This document shows positions 41,178 through 50,530 of a stretch of DNA of 64,000 nucleotides, piece by piece; the first letter of the stretch is position 1, and each line of letters opens with the position of its first letter. This stretch comes from Candidatus Marinacidobacterales bacterium (lineage in GTDB: Bacteria; Acidobacteriota; Vicinamibacteria; Marinacidobacterales; SMYC01): contig CBDCYI010000009.1 in the NCBI GenBank assembly GCA_965224085.1, forward strand, positions 288,001 through 352,000. Reading direction: 5' to 3'. The notes under the pieces were generated by a model that was not told where the DNA came from, ran no database searches, and saw nothing but the letters and a program-made list of their open reading frames with translations. Made by a program: the position numbers and the translations under genes.

Positions 41178-42534
41178 TCAGCGCTTCCAATCCGGAGCGA
41201 TCAGTCGGCGCTTGCCGCGCGCCTCGCGGTCCCAAAGCTTGCACGTAACCCGCTTGTGTTTCTGGTCGAGAGCCTCGCAGTAGTTGGTGAACTTACAGCG
41301 GCGGACCGTCTCCCCCCGCCCCATGAGCACCTTTAGAAACCAATCCGGATCCGCGAGGGATTGGCGCGCAGCGGCCACGATGTCGGCTTCTCTCTGCTCC
41401 AGAATCCGCTCGGCGAGCTCGAAGGTCCCGATGCCTCCCGAAGTCACGATGGGCGTCGTTAGGCCGGCCTCCGTGAGTGCTGCTTTGATCGTCGCGGCGA
41501 GAGATACATTGCGTCCGAACGGACCTGTCGCGTCGGAGTACACCGTCGGCATGCATTCGTAGCCGCTGCGACCTGTGTACGGATAGACGGCCCAACCGAC
41601 CGCAGGCTGCTTCGCGTCCTCGAACTTCCCTCCTTTGGAGACCGAGATGTAATCCATCCCGGCGCGTCCGAGCTCGAGAGCAAAATACGTCGCGTCATCG
41701 AGCTCACTCCCTCCTTCGATAACTTCGTCGCCGAGGATGCGGCATCCGACGACGTATGCGTCACCGACGCGCTGACGCACGGCCTCATAGGCTTCAACCG
41801 GAAGGCGGATGCGATGCTCACGCGATCCGCCGTATCCGTCGTCGCGGCGATTTTGCTTCGAGAGGAACGACGCCATCGTGTAAGCATGGGCGTAGTGCAG
41901 CTCGACACCGTCGAACCCCGCTTCGCGGGCTCGCGCCGCGGCGCAAGTCGTCAAGCTCGCGCGGGGTCAGGGTTTTGTCGAGCTCGTCGTCCGTACAACG
42001 CAAAAGTCGATCGCGCAGATCCGACTCCGAGGCGTCTTTCCAGCTTGGGTCTTCGAGGACTTCGGACAATTTCTCGCGATGCTCTGCGCGAATCTCTAGA
42101 AAACGCCGAAAAAACTTCTCCGCCGGTGGCCTTCTTTTGACCGAAAGAAAGTCGATGATCTGGATGAAGAGCCGAGTCTGGCCTTCACTCGCGGCCCGGA
42201 CGGTCTCGACAAGCTCGCGCAATCCAGGAACAAAGCGATCGTGTCCGATCCGGAGGAGCGGCCCGCTTCGGATATCGCGGATACCCGTCGCCTCGACAAC
42301 GATCGCACCCGGTTGGCCGCGCGCAAACCGCTCGTACCAGTCGAGGACCTCTCGAGTAACGAAGCCTTCCTCGGTCGCCCGCCAGGGCACCATGGCGGGC
42401 ACCCATGTCCGATGACGGAGTTCGTTCGGTCCGATACGGATGGAGCTGAATAGCGCCGCACCACGGGCTTCGTCCGCGCTCGGCCACGTCGTCTCGGGTA
42501 GTGGATGGCGGATGCGCTCGGGCGGTGTCCACAT
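41178..42534 (-). pseudogene. NADH:flavin oxidoreductase (OYE family), disrupted
   Basis: The N-terminal frame (WVPAMVPWRA, VVEATG) and the C-terminal frame (AGFDGVELHYAHAY, ARQSLADPDW, C.FTNYC) switch near 41940-41955. Confidence 0.75.
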
Positions 42535-42589
42535 GGTGTGTGCCCAAAGTGTACTATGTCGCGGGCCCAGTTCACGGGTTCGTCGACAT

Positions 42590-42800
42590 CGCGAGCCAGT
42601 TGCAGTCGCTGAAGTACATTCTGGATATCGGCGTCGACCGGATCCAAGCACACGCTACTCCTATGGTGGAGCGGCTGCGGCTCGAGATGCCAGCGCTCGG
42701 GTACCCGACGATCACACCACCGGCGATGGGCACCCCGCTCGTCGCCTTCCAGGCCCCGAACCCCGAAGCGCTTCTGGCCAAGCTTCAATCCAAAGTAGAT
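42590..42800 (+). pseudogene. Orphan C-terminal fragment of a class V aminotransferase
   Basis: SLKYILDIGVDRIQAHA...LRLEMPALGYPTITP matches the C-terminal part of this fold. There is no N-terminus. Confidence 0.45.
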
Positions 42801-42977
42801 ATTCTCCACAGACGAATCTTATCAGCCGCTTTTCGGATGCCCAAGCTTTCGTCATCGCTCGACTGTTGAACCGCTACCCTATCGCCGCCGCGAAAAAGGA
42901 GCACGTGTTGAGCCATCGGCTGTCCGTGCTCGTCAACATTGGCATTATCGCGGCGATTTCGCTAAATTGCGCCAGCC

Positions 42978-44435
42978 ATGTCGACCGGTCTCGTTCTCTT
43001 CGGTCTCTATCTCGCGATCATGGTGGGGGTCGGAATCGTCTCGGCGCGCCATCAGAAGACGTCCGCCGATTTCTGGGTCGCGAACCGGAGCATCGGCCTC
43101 TCCGTTCTCGTCATGGCCAATATGGCGGCCATCATGCACGGCGGGTCCGTTTTGAGCGGCGTAGCTTTGATGGGCAATATTGGTGGCGTTGCCGGACTCC
43201 CCTACCTCGCTTTCGTGGGCGGCATCGCCGTAATCTTCTTCTTTTTCGCGAAGAAGCTCCGAGGCTCACGAGGCTTCACGCTCCCCGACTACATGGGGGA
43301 TCGCTTCGGCAGTAACTTCCTTCGCGGCTTCTGCGCCGTGATGGTCGCGGTCTCGAGCATCATCTATCTCATCGGCCAAATCCGGGTCATGGGTTTCATC
43401 CTGGAGCGCCTCCTCGACATCACTTTTTTCTGGGGCATGCTCGTCGGGACCGTCATCTTCGTCTTCTACGTTGCGGTTGGAGGCCTTCTTGCAGTTGTGT
43501 GGACGAACATCGTGCAATTCGTTTTCATGTGGCTCGGCCTCTTGCTGATGGGGCCCTACGTCTTCGCGAAAGTCGGCGGGTGGTACGCCGTCATCGACAA
43601 AGTCGAAGCGCTTGCGCCGGGATGGACATCACCACAAGGGACCACCTGGAGCTTCAGCTTTCTCGTCTCGTGGTACATCATCTGGTTCGTCGCCTATTGC
43701 ACACGGCTCGAGCTCATCACGAAGATGTACGCCGCACGGGACGACAAGGTTGCTCGGCGCTCGCTGCCGTGGACGATTCTCCTCGTGATGATTTTTCTGC
43801 TCTACGGCAACTTCTATATCGGTGGTGCGGCACGCATTCTCGTGTGGGACTCGATCTCGACGCCCGACCAAGCTTTTCCCGCACTCGTTGCCGCTATTCT
43901 ACCGCCCGTTCTCGCCGCCTTCGCCCTCACGGGCATCGCGAGCGCTGCAATGTCCACGACAGATTCGCTTCTTCTGATGTCGGGCGCCGCCGTCGCTCAT
44001 GATCTGCTGCGCAAGTGCATCCACGAGCCCCGAGGTGTTACGAGAGACGAACGCTATTACCTGCGTGTCTCTCGGGGGACGATTGTCATCGTCGGCGTCG
44101 CATCGTTTCTCGGCGCGCTTCCCGACGTCGATTTGATTTTGCAGATCGTCTCCTACGCCGTCGCGATCCTTGGCGCAACGTTCTTCTTCCCGCTCATCGT
44201 CGGCCTGACGACGAAGCGCGTCAGCCAAGAAGCCGCGATCGCGTCTTCCGTCGGCGGCTCGGCGATCACGATCTTCTGGACGTGGGCCCGGCTCGCTGGC
44301 GTGGAGTGGGCACAAGAGGTCCACCCTGGCGTGATCGGCATCGCGAGTGCCGGTGTTTTGATTTTCGTCGTGTCGATGGTCACGAAGCCCGTCCGAAGCT
44401 CGTCTCTTCAGAAGTTTTTTCCGGAGAATGCGTGA
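42978..44435 (+). CDS. Sodium:solute symporter (SSS) family protein
   Basis: About 13 TM helices, DFWVANRS, TLPDY..RF, GGLLAVVWT and AAMSTTDSLL. Confidence 0.9.
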   Translation: MSTGLVLFGLYLAIMVGVGIVSARHQKTSADFWVANRSIGLSVLVMANMAAIMHGGSVLSGVALMGNIGGVAGLPYLAFVGGIAVIFFFFAKKLRGSRGFTLPDYMGDRFGSNFLRGFCAVMVAVSSIIYLIGQIRVMGFILERLLDITFFWGMLVGTVIFVFYVAVGGLLAVVWTNIVQFVFMWLGLLLMGPYVFAKVGGWYAVIDKVEALAPGWTSPQGTTWSFSFLVSWYIIWFVAYCTRLELITKMYAARDDKVARRSLPWTILLVMIFLLYGNFYIGGAARILVWDSISTPDQAFPALVAAILPPVLAAFALTGIASAAMSTTDSLLLMSGAAVAHDLLRKCIHEPRGVTRDERYYLRVSRGTIVIVGVASFLGALPDVDLILQIVSYAVAILGATFFFPLIVGLTTKRVSQEAAIASSVGGSAITIFWTWARLAGVEWAQEVHPGVIGIASAGVLIFVVSMVTKPVRSSSLQKFFPENA

Positions 44436-44545
44436 TGCTGGGACTACCTCTCGGTAGCTTCGTGCTGCTCTTCGTGCTGCCTGGCCTCGTCTTGTTGCCG
44501 ATGTTCTACTATTCGTGGCTCATCAAGACCGGCAAGCGCGACTGA
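44435..44545 (+). CDS. 36-aa single-TM small protein
   Basis: ATG overlaps the symporter stop (TGATG). Sequence MLGLPLGSFVLLFVLPGLVLLPMFYYSWLIKTGKRD. Confidence 0.55.
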   Translation: MLGLPLGSFVLLFVLPGLVLLPMFYYSWLIKTGKRD

Positions 44546-44568
44546 GGCTCGATCCCGAAGCACTCTCG

Positions 44569-45540
44569 CTAGAAAGAATCCCACACGTCATCATCAGGAC
44601 CGATATCGATCTCGGAAGCGCCGACGAAATCGTCGATTTGATTCGCACGTCGTGCGCCGACGATGGCGCCGCTAACGGCCGGATGCCGAAGCGTCCAAGC
44701 AACCGCGAGCTCGGCCACGGTCGTTCCGTTGCGCGCGGCCAGTGCCGTCAAGCGATCGGCGAGCGCAAGATTCTCGCTCAGGCGGGGCTCTTGAAACTCG
44801 AGGCTCTTCGTCTTACGCCAATCATCGCTCGGTAGCGAAGCGATACGCTCGCGGCTCATCTTTCCGGTCAAAAGCCCCGACGCCATCGGCGAGTACACGA
44901 TCACGCCAATCTCTTGCTCGAGGCAGTACGGCAGGAGCTCCTTCTCGATGTCTCGTCGCAAGAGCGAGTAAACGGATTGCAACGAGCCCACCTGAGCGAT
45001 GGGACGGAGCCGTTCGAGCTGCTCGACGTTGAAGTTGGACACCCCGATATGTCGCACCTTCCCTTCGTCCCGCAAGCGGAGGAGTGTTTCCCAGCCTTCT
45101 TCGATCTCTGGCGCCGGCCCATCTGCCGGATAGCACGGCGAATGGATTTGATAGAGGTCGATGCTCGAAACATCAAGGCGACGCAGGCTGTCTTCGATCT
45201 CTCGCCGAACAGAGTCCGCTTTGAGGCTGTGGCGGATCTTCCCACGCGGCGTCCAAACCCGGCTGCACTTCGTGAACACGAGCGGACGCTCGGAACCGCT
45301 CAGATCGCGGAGCGCCCGCGCGACGACGACTTCCGAGTGGCCGAGCCCATAGACCGCGGCCGTGTCGATCCAGTTGATCCCAAGCTCGACCGCGCGATGG
45401 ATCGCTGCGACCGAATCGGTATCGTCCTGCTGCCCCCACCCGAACGTCCAGTCGGCGCCCCCGATGGCCCAGGCGCCGAGCCCCACTCGTGAGATCTCGA
45501 GCTCCGTGCAGCCGAGCTTCGTCATCTTCAAGACGGACAT
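44569..45540 (-). CDS. Aldo/keto reductase
   Basis: GLGAW, IDTAAVYG, SLRRL..IDLYQIH, GKVRHIGVSNF and YSPMASGLL. The start may be at 45525 instead. Confidence 0.9.
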   Translation of the reverse strand: MSVLKMTKLGCTELEISRVGLGAWAIGGADWTFGWGQQDDTDSVAAIHRAVELGINWIDTAAVYGLGHSEVVVARALRDLSGSERPLVFTKCSRVWTPRGKIRHSLKADSVRREIEDSLRRLDVSSIDLYQIHSPCYPADGPAPEIEEGWETLLRLRDEGKVRHIGVSNFNVEQLERLRPIAQVGSLQSVYSLLRRDIEKELLPYCLEQEIGVIVYSPMASGLLTGKMSRERIASLPSDDWRKTKSLEFQEPRLSENLALADRLTALAARNGTTVAELAVAWTLRHPAVSGAIVGARRANQIDDFVGASEIDIGPDDDVWDSF

Positions 45541-45548
45541 TATAAGAT
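45539..45548. promoter_or_regulatory. Overlapping divergent -10 elements
   Basis: TAAGAT on + (45543-45548, 7 nt before ATG 45556) and TATAAT on - (45544-45539). Confidence 0.45.
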
Positions 45549-45555
45549 CGAAACG

Positions 45556-46044
45556 ATGACGACTCCGGAAGAGCTCCTCGAGTTCATCGACTCGCTCGGT
45601 ATCCAAACGAAGACCTATCAGCATGCGCCTGTTTTTACCGTCGACGAGAGCAAGCGCCTGCGGGGTGATCTCCCTGGTGGTCACTGTAAGAGCCTCTTTC
45701 TCCGCGACAAAAAGCGCCACCTATTTCTCGTAGTTGCACTCGAGCACCGTAAGATCGACCTCAAAAACATCGCGCGGATCCTGGGCGCTCACAAGAATCT
45801 GTCTTTCGGAAGTGCTGCGCTCATGATGGAAGCGCTCGGCGTCCCTCCGGGCGCGGTCACACCCTTCGCCGTCGTCAATGACCCCGATCGGCGCGTCCAA
45901 GTCGTTCTGGACCGGGCGATGCTCGACGTCAATCCCTTGAATTACCACCCGCTCAAAAACAACCGGACGACCGCGATTGCCCCCGCAGATTTACTCCGAT
46001 TTCTGGAGGCGTCCGACCACGCGCCCCGGTTGCTGGATTTTTGA
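45556..46044 (+). CDS. YbaK/ProX-family aminoacyl-tRNA deacylase
   Basis: H..VFTV.ES, CKSLFLRDKK, LGV.PGAVTPF and HPL.N..T. Confidence 0.9.
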   Translation: MTTPEELLEFIDSLGIQTKTYQHAPVFTVDESKRLRGDLPGGHCKSLFLRDKKRHLFLVVALEHRKIDLKNIARILGAHKNLSFGSAALMMEALGVPPGAVTPFAVVNDPDRRVQVVLDRAMLDVNPLNYHPLKNNRTTAIAPADLLRFLEASDHAPRLLDF

Positions 46045-46097
46045 CAGTTTTACCGTCCAACCTTAATATAGAAGAAACACCCACAATCGGACCGTTC

Positions 46098-46310
46098 ATG
46101 AAATCGTTGAGCCAGGCCAGTGCCCGCTATCTTATTCTGATGGTGGCCGGAGGCTATATCGTTCTCCTCGGACTCGTCGAGGGCGCGCGCAGCGTCGGAG
46201 CCTTCGATACACTGATGGCGGGAGAGGTCCTGCAGCAGATCACGACGGTCGCCAGCTTGAGCGTGGGCGCCGTGCTTGGATTCTACATAGCCTCCCGCTC
46301 TCAAATCTGA
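46098..46310 (+). CDS. Small two-TM hypothetical protein
   Basis: Two hydrophobic segments ending in GAVLGFY. Confidence 0.4.
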   Translation: MKSLSQASARYLILMVAGGYIVLLGLVEGARSVGAFDTLMAGEVLQQITTVASLSVGAVLGFYIASRSQI

Positions 46311-46325
46311 CGCCTTTCGCTGCTC

Positions 46326-46442
46326 CCCTCCACAATGTGCAAAACTGTGTTGAAAAGCTGTTTGCCAGCCTGCGGATCTCCTGCAAATAACAGAAAGCGC
46401 TAGCGTTGTCGCGAAGAGCGTCGTTTCATTTTATGTGGAAAA
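46326..46442. promoter_or_regulatory. Cluster of DnaA-box-like 9-mers
   Basis: Reverse-strand TTTTGCACA (46336-46344), TTTTCAACA (46348-46356) and TTTTCCACA (46434-46442), plus a degenerate forward CCCTCCACA (46326-46334), in an AT-richer gap. Confidence 0.45.
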
Positions 46443-46482
46443 CTGAGTGTAGGTAGCCGTATTCTTTGTGACGTAGTGTGCA

Positions 46483-46885
46483 TCAAGGCCCGCTTTTTTC
46501 GGACAGCGAGCGCACCGGCAACGAGACCCTCGCCGTAGTGCCAACCTCGGCCTGGCTCTCGACGTCCAAATGTCCGCCGTGCTCATTGACGATGGTCCGG
46601 CAAACGAAGAGTCCCCAATTCTTGGTCGCGACGCGCGTCCCTTCGACATGAAACGTTGGCTCGAAGAGCCGGTCCAGCTGCTTTTTGGGTATGCCGCGCC
46701 CATCGTCGCGGACCTCGATCACAACCTCGTCGGCACGATCGTGGGTGACGATGGTAATCCGTCCTGTCCCCTCGATGGCCGCTCTGTCATTGCGTAGCAA
46801 GTTCGAGAGCACCGCGCCGATTTGCTGAGGCCGGCAACGCACGCGTTGCAAGTTTTCGAGATCGAACACGAGCTCGGCCTTGGAC
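46483..46885 (-). pseudogene. Orphan histidine-kinase ATPase (HATPase_c) fragment
   Basis: N box (VLSNLLRN), G1 (DDGRGIP), F box (LFEPTF) and G2 (WGLFVC) are present. No sensor or HisKA domain lies upstream, because the space is occupied by the TraB-like gene. Confidence 0.65.
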
Positions 46886-46942
46886 TCGAGATCACCACCG
46901 CTAGGAACGCGCCAAACGCGACGAAGTCGACGTAGGAGAGGT

Positions 46943-48229
46943 TCACCCGAACAAGTTTCGAAAAATCTCGACGCCACCGACGACGGAGCCGAGCATGCTG
47001 CCAAGTCCTGGGAGGATAAACGCGAGAAAGACGCGCAACAGCTTGTTCCCCCACCATCGCTTCAAGACGCCGATATCCTCGCCTACAGTCTGGAACTCGT
47101 TGACGACCGGCGGTCGAAGATAGGCTTGGACGAAAGCCGTCACATAGGCTGCGCCGATCACCGGCGTCAGGCTCGTGATCGGCGCCGAGACGAAGGCGGC
47201 GGCGACCGTGAGGGGGTGCGCGAGCGCTACGATCGCGCCGATGGAGCAAGGGACACCATTCGCGAGAATCCAGTAGAGGACGTTGTCTCCCGCCGCTTCG
47301 GGTCCCTTCGACCAGCCGATAAAAGCAATCGAAGCGATGATGGCCGCGGGAACCCCCCACCCGACCCACTTCCAAACGGGAGAGACCGGCGGGATAAGGT
47401 TGATCTCTTCGAGGTCAGCCTCCTGCCGAGTATCGAGCGCCTTGATGATCCCCTCGAGATGGCCCGCGCCGACGACGGCGACGATACGCTTTCCATCCGC
47501 TTCACGCATCTTCTGCGTCAGGAACGTATCGCGCTCGTCGATGAGTACCCTTTTGAGAGACGGCATCGCTTCGCCGAGCTCTTTCATCAGCTCGGAGAGT
47601 ACGTCGCCTTTGAGCATCTCCCCTATCTGCTCTTCCGTCACTTCCTTCTCGTCGAAAATACTCGCGAGTATGGCCGAGAGTAGCAACGCTTTTTTCCAAA
47701 ATGGCGTCGAACGCCACGCACGACGAAGCGTGACCCGCACGTCGCGGTCGCAAAGCGAGATCGGAATCCCGTGCTCTTCGGCCGCTTTCGTCGCCTCGAG
47801 AAGCTCTGTTCCAGGCATCACGCCAAGCTTGAGCCCGAGTTTTTTCTGATAGGCGCTCAAAAGCAGGTTGACCATGAGGGTGCTCAGCTGCTTTTTTCGG
47901 ATGACTTGCTTGATGTCGAGAGATTCCCAGCGCGTCTTTTGCGTCAGCGCCTGGTGCCGCTGATGGTCGAGCTCGACGCAGACGCGGTCCGGTTTCTCTT
48001 GCTCGATGACTCGCCGGGCGAGCTCCGCTGACTCTCGGGAAACGTGGGCCGTGCCGACGAGGATGAACTCCCGCCCGTCGACCTTCAAAACGTGGACTTG
48101 ATCGCGCGGGTAATCGCGCTCCCGACTCGCTGTATCAGGCGTTGAAATAGACACCTCCGTGGTGCTCGCGCAAAACATGCGACGGTAGCACAATCCGCGG
48201 CGCAGCACCAAGAAGGCGCGGTCGACCAC
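46943..48229 (-). CDS. TraB/GumN-family (pheromone-shutdown TraB-like) membrane protein
   Basis: LVGTAHVS, VCVELD, G.E, LIDERD and VVGAGH, with C-terminal TM helices. True start uncertain, possibly 50-75 nt downstream. Confidence 0.85.
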   Translation of the reverse strand: MVDRAFLVLRRGLCYRRMFCASTTEVSISTPDTASRERDYPRDQVHVLKVDGREFILVGTAHVSRESAELARRVIEQEKPDRVCVELDHQRHQALTQKTRWESLDIKQVIRKKQLSTLMVNLLLSAYQKKLGLKLGVMPGTELLEATKAAEEHGIPISLCDRDVRVTLRRAWRSTPFWKKALLLSAILASIFDEKEVTEEQIGEMLKGDVLSELMKELGEAMPSLKRVLIDERDTFLTQKMREADGKRIVAVVGAGHLEGIIKALDTRQEADLEEINLIPPVSPVWKWVGWGVPAAIIASIAFIGWSKGPEAAGDNVLYWILANGVPCSIGAIVALAHPLTVAAAFVSAPITSLTPVIGAAYVTAFVQAYLRPPVVNEFQTVGEDIGVLKRWWGNKLLRVFLAFILPGLGSMLGSVVGGVEIFRNLFG

Positions 48230-48304
48230 TAGCGCCTGGACGAATCGAGGCGTATTCTAAAGGTAGTCCTTTCAACTCAACCCGATCACTTCAGAGGGGG
48301 ATCG

Positions 48305-49159
48305 ATGGCCAATCCCGCCCATGAGACCCTATTGCGCCAAGGCGTCTCCGAATGGAACGACTGGCGTGCCCAAAACACGAGCGTTGCGCCGGACTTGACG
48401 GGTGTGCAAATGTCAGCAGCCAAGCTGGACGGCGTAGATCTCAGCCATGCGCTCTTGCGGGCATCCACGCTGATACGCTCGTCTCTCACCAGCGCCGACT
48501 TGAGTCATGCCGACCTGCGGGAGGCCAAGCTCCACGAGGTCGACTTGAGTGACGCCAACCTGCATCGTGCCGATCTGAGAGACGCATCTCTCGCCGGCGC
48601 CACGCTGCGCCGCGCCCGACTCGATGTGGCGAATCTGAGCCGAGTCAAGATAACGGTGGCGGATTTCCGCGAGGCGGATTTCACATGCGCTAAGCTCATT
48701 GGCGCGGATTTGAGAGAGTCGCTCGGTATCCGAGCTAATCTTGAGGGCGCCGACCTGACGAACAGCTTGCTCGAGCTGTCGAACCTCGAGGGGTGCAACT
48801 TAAAACGCGTGCGGGGTCTAGACTCGCGGCAGATCGAGCTCGCCCGCGTGGACGCCGCAACGACGTTTCCCGCGTTCACGACCGATCGTATCGGCGAGGA
48901 ACCACTCGAGTCGCTTGCCCGGGCGCTCGAATCGCTGCGCGCTCGCGTCGCGGGCAAATCCGTCCCTGCAACCGATGTTTCGAGCTACCACACATTGCTA
49001 GACCTGCTCGATAGCGAGGGTATCGACACCCAGTGTGCGCGTATCGCAACCTCCGAGCTCGTCCGGCCTGTGACCACCCCCACCAGCGAACAATGGGTCG
49101 ACGCGGCACTCTTTCGACGTCGTTTGAGCTCTGTGCTATCCGTCTTGAGGAGACCTTAG
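48305..49159 (+). CDS. Pentapeptide repeat protein
   Basis: MANPAH..LLRQGV.EWN.WR start and many A(D/N)Lxx repeats. Confidence 0.85.
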   Translation: MANPAHETLLRQGVSEWNDWRAQNTSVAPDLTGVQMSAAKLDGVDLSHALLRASTLIRSSLTSADLSHADLREAKLHEVDLSDANLHRADLRDASLAGATLRRARLDVANLSRVKITVADFREADFTCAKLIGADLRESLGIRANLEGADLTNSLLELSNLEGCNLKRVRGLDSRQIELARVDAATTFPAFTTDRIGEEPLESLARALESLRARVAGKSVPATDVSSYHTLLDLLDSEGIDTQCARIATSELVRPVTTPTSEQWVDAALFRRRLSSVLSVLRRP

Positions 49160-49161
49160 CG

Positions 49162-49530
49162 ATGAGATATCTCGTACCGCTCGCTCTGTTTTGTTTCTTC
49201 GGTTGCGCTGACGAACCAGAGCCAACCGTCGACCCGCCGTCGAGCCGGCAAGATGCGGCCACACGTATCTCGGAGACGGCGCTCGCCTTGCATTTTTTGA
49301 GAATTCGCATCGCGTCGGACATACACCGAACGCTGAACGGCGGTTATCCGAGCGAAGTCGGACAGCTCGTGGACGGCGGACACCTCCACGCCGGGCAAGA
49401 GTTGGATCCATGGGATCGGCCCTACGTGCTCGTCGTCGACAACGGCACACTGGTCATCACCTCTCTCGGTCCCGATGGCGCGCTCGGAGGCGGTGATGAT
49501 CGCGTCTCCCTCACGGGCCAATTGCGTTGA
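49162..49530 (+). CDS. Small lipoprotein with a GspG-like C-terminal domain
   Basis: Lipobox-like FFGC, GGYP, DPWDRPY and SLGPDG..GGGDD. Confidence 0.6.
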   Translation: MRYLVPLALFCFFGCADEPEPTVDPPSSRQDAATRISETALALHFLRIRIASDIHRTLNGGYPSEVGQLVDGGHLHAGQELDPWDRPYVLVVDNGTLVITSLGPDGALGGGDDRVSLTGQLR

Positions 49531-49696
49531 CGATGCAATAGATTGCCCGACGTCGACGGCGAAATAGCTCGGGGACGAGCGCGTGACGAAATTCGTTCGC
49601 CGCTCGCGAGCCCGGTTTCGCGTAGGCTCTTGATGAAGATCGACCCCGTAGAAGGGTCCGATGCATGTCGTGTTGCATTGATGGTTCGCGGCACGC

Positions 49697-50024
49697 ATGA
49701 CAAGACACGAACACATCGGGGCATCGGTTACATGTTGCTCGGCATTGCCTCTTTCGCTTCAATGGACGCCATCGGCAAATGGCTCGTGCGTGATGTTTCC
49801 GTCTTTCAGATTCTCGCCGCGCGCAGCATTTCGGGATCACGCGCGCTTTTCAAAGAGCGCCCGTCTCGGTCGTCGCACCTTTCGAGTACAGCGCGCTCGT
49901 TTGGGCCACCCTTTTGGGGTTCGTCGTCTTCGGCGAGTTCCCGGACGCCTACGTATGGCTCGGCGTCGCCATCATCGTGGCTACGGGTCTCTATTCGGTC
50001 CAGCGTGAAGGGCGTAAAGCATGA
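49697..50024 (+). pseudogene. EamA/DMT transporter with an internal deletion
   Basis: The N-terminal GIGYMLLG..SFASMDAIGK...QILAARS is joined to the C-terminal AFQRAPVSVVAPFEYSALVWATLLGFVVFGEFP in another frame. Most of the middle is missing. Confidence 0.7.
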
Positions 50025-50530
50025 AGAACTTATTCGCCCTTGCGGTCGCGTTCGCCGTCGCGACGGTCGCGACGCCACAGGAGCTCGCTCTCGAAAACGT
50101 CGCTCCGGGCACCTACGCCGTGCTCTCGCCGGCTGGGCATCTTGCCGCCGCGAATGCCGGCCTCGTCCTACTCTCGCGTAGTTCAGATCCTTTATTTTGT
50201 GCGCGGCCATACGCGAGGCGATGCGGTCGTCTACCTCCCTCGCGAGCGCGTCGCCTTCGTTGGAGATCTCGTCACAGGCGGACCACCCTTCGCCCGCGAC
50301 GGATACCCAATTGCTTGGATCGAGACGCTTCGCGCCCTCCGTGAGCTCAAAATCGACATTTTGGTGACCGGCCACGGCGGGATCTGGCGCGGCAAACAAG
50401 TCTTGTCCGACCGCATCCGTTTTCTCGAGCACGCCGCCACCGTCCTCCGCGACGGAGCGCGCGAGAACCTGAGCGCCGAGCAATCGCCGCCTCCATCGAC
50501 TTCGAAGCGTTTCGCGACACTTTCGAGCCG
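50021..50530 (+). pseudogene. MBL-fold hydrolase remnant
   Basis: Signal peptide and ANAGLV, then a frame change to GHTRGDAVVYLP..FVGDL..LVTGHG. The HxHxDH region is deleted and the 3' end is truncated. Confidence 0.65.

Noticed and set aside
46943-48229. TraB as evidence of a conjugative element
   Set aside because: This is the chromosomal TraB/GumN (pheromone-shutdown/Tiki-like) family. No relaxase or T4SS genes are present.
49162-49530. Type II secretion system locus
   Set aside because: Only a lone GspG-like domain on a lipoprotein, without a prepilin cleavage motif or other gsp genes.
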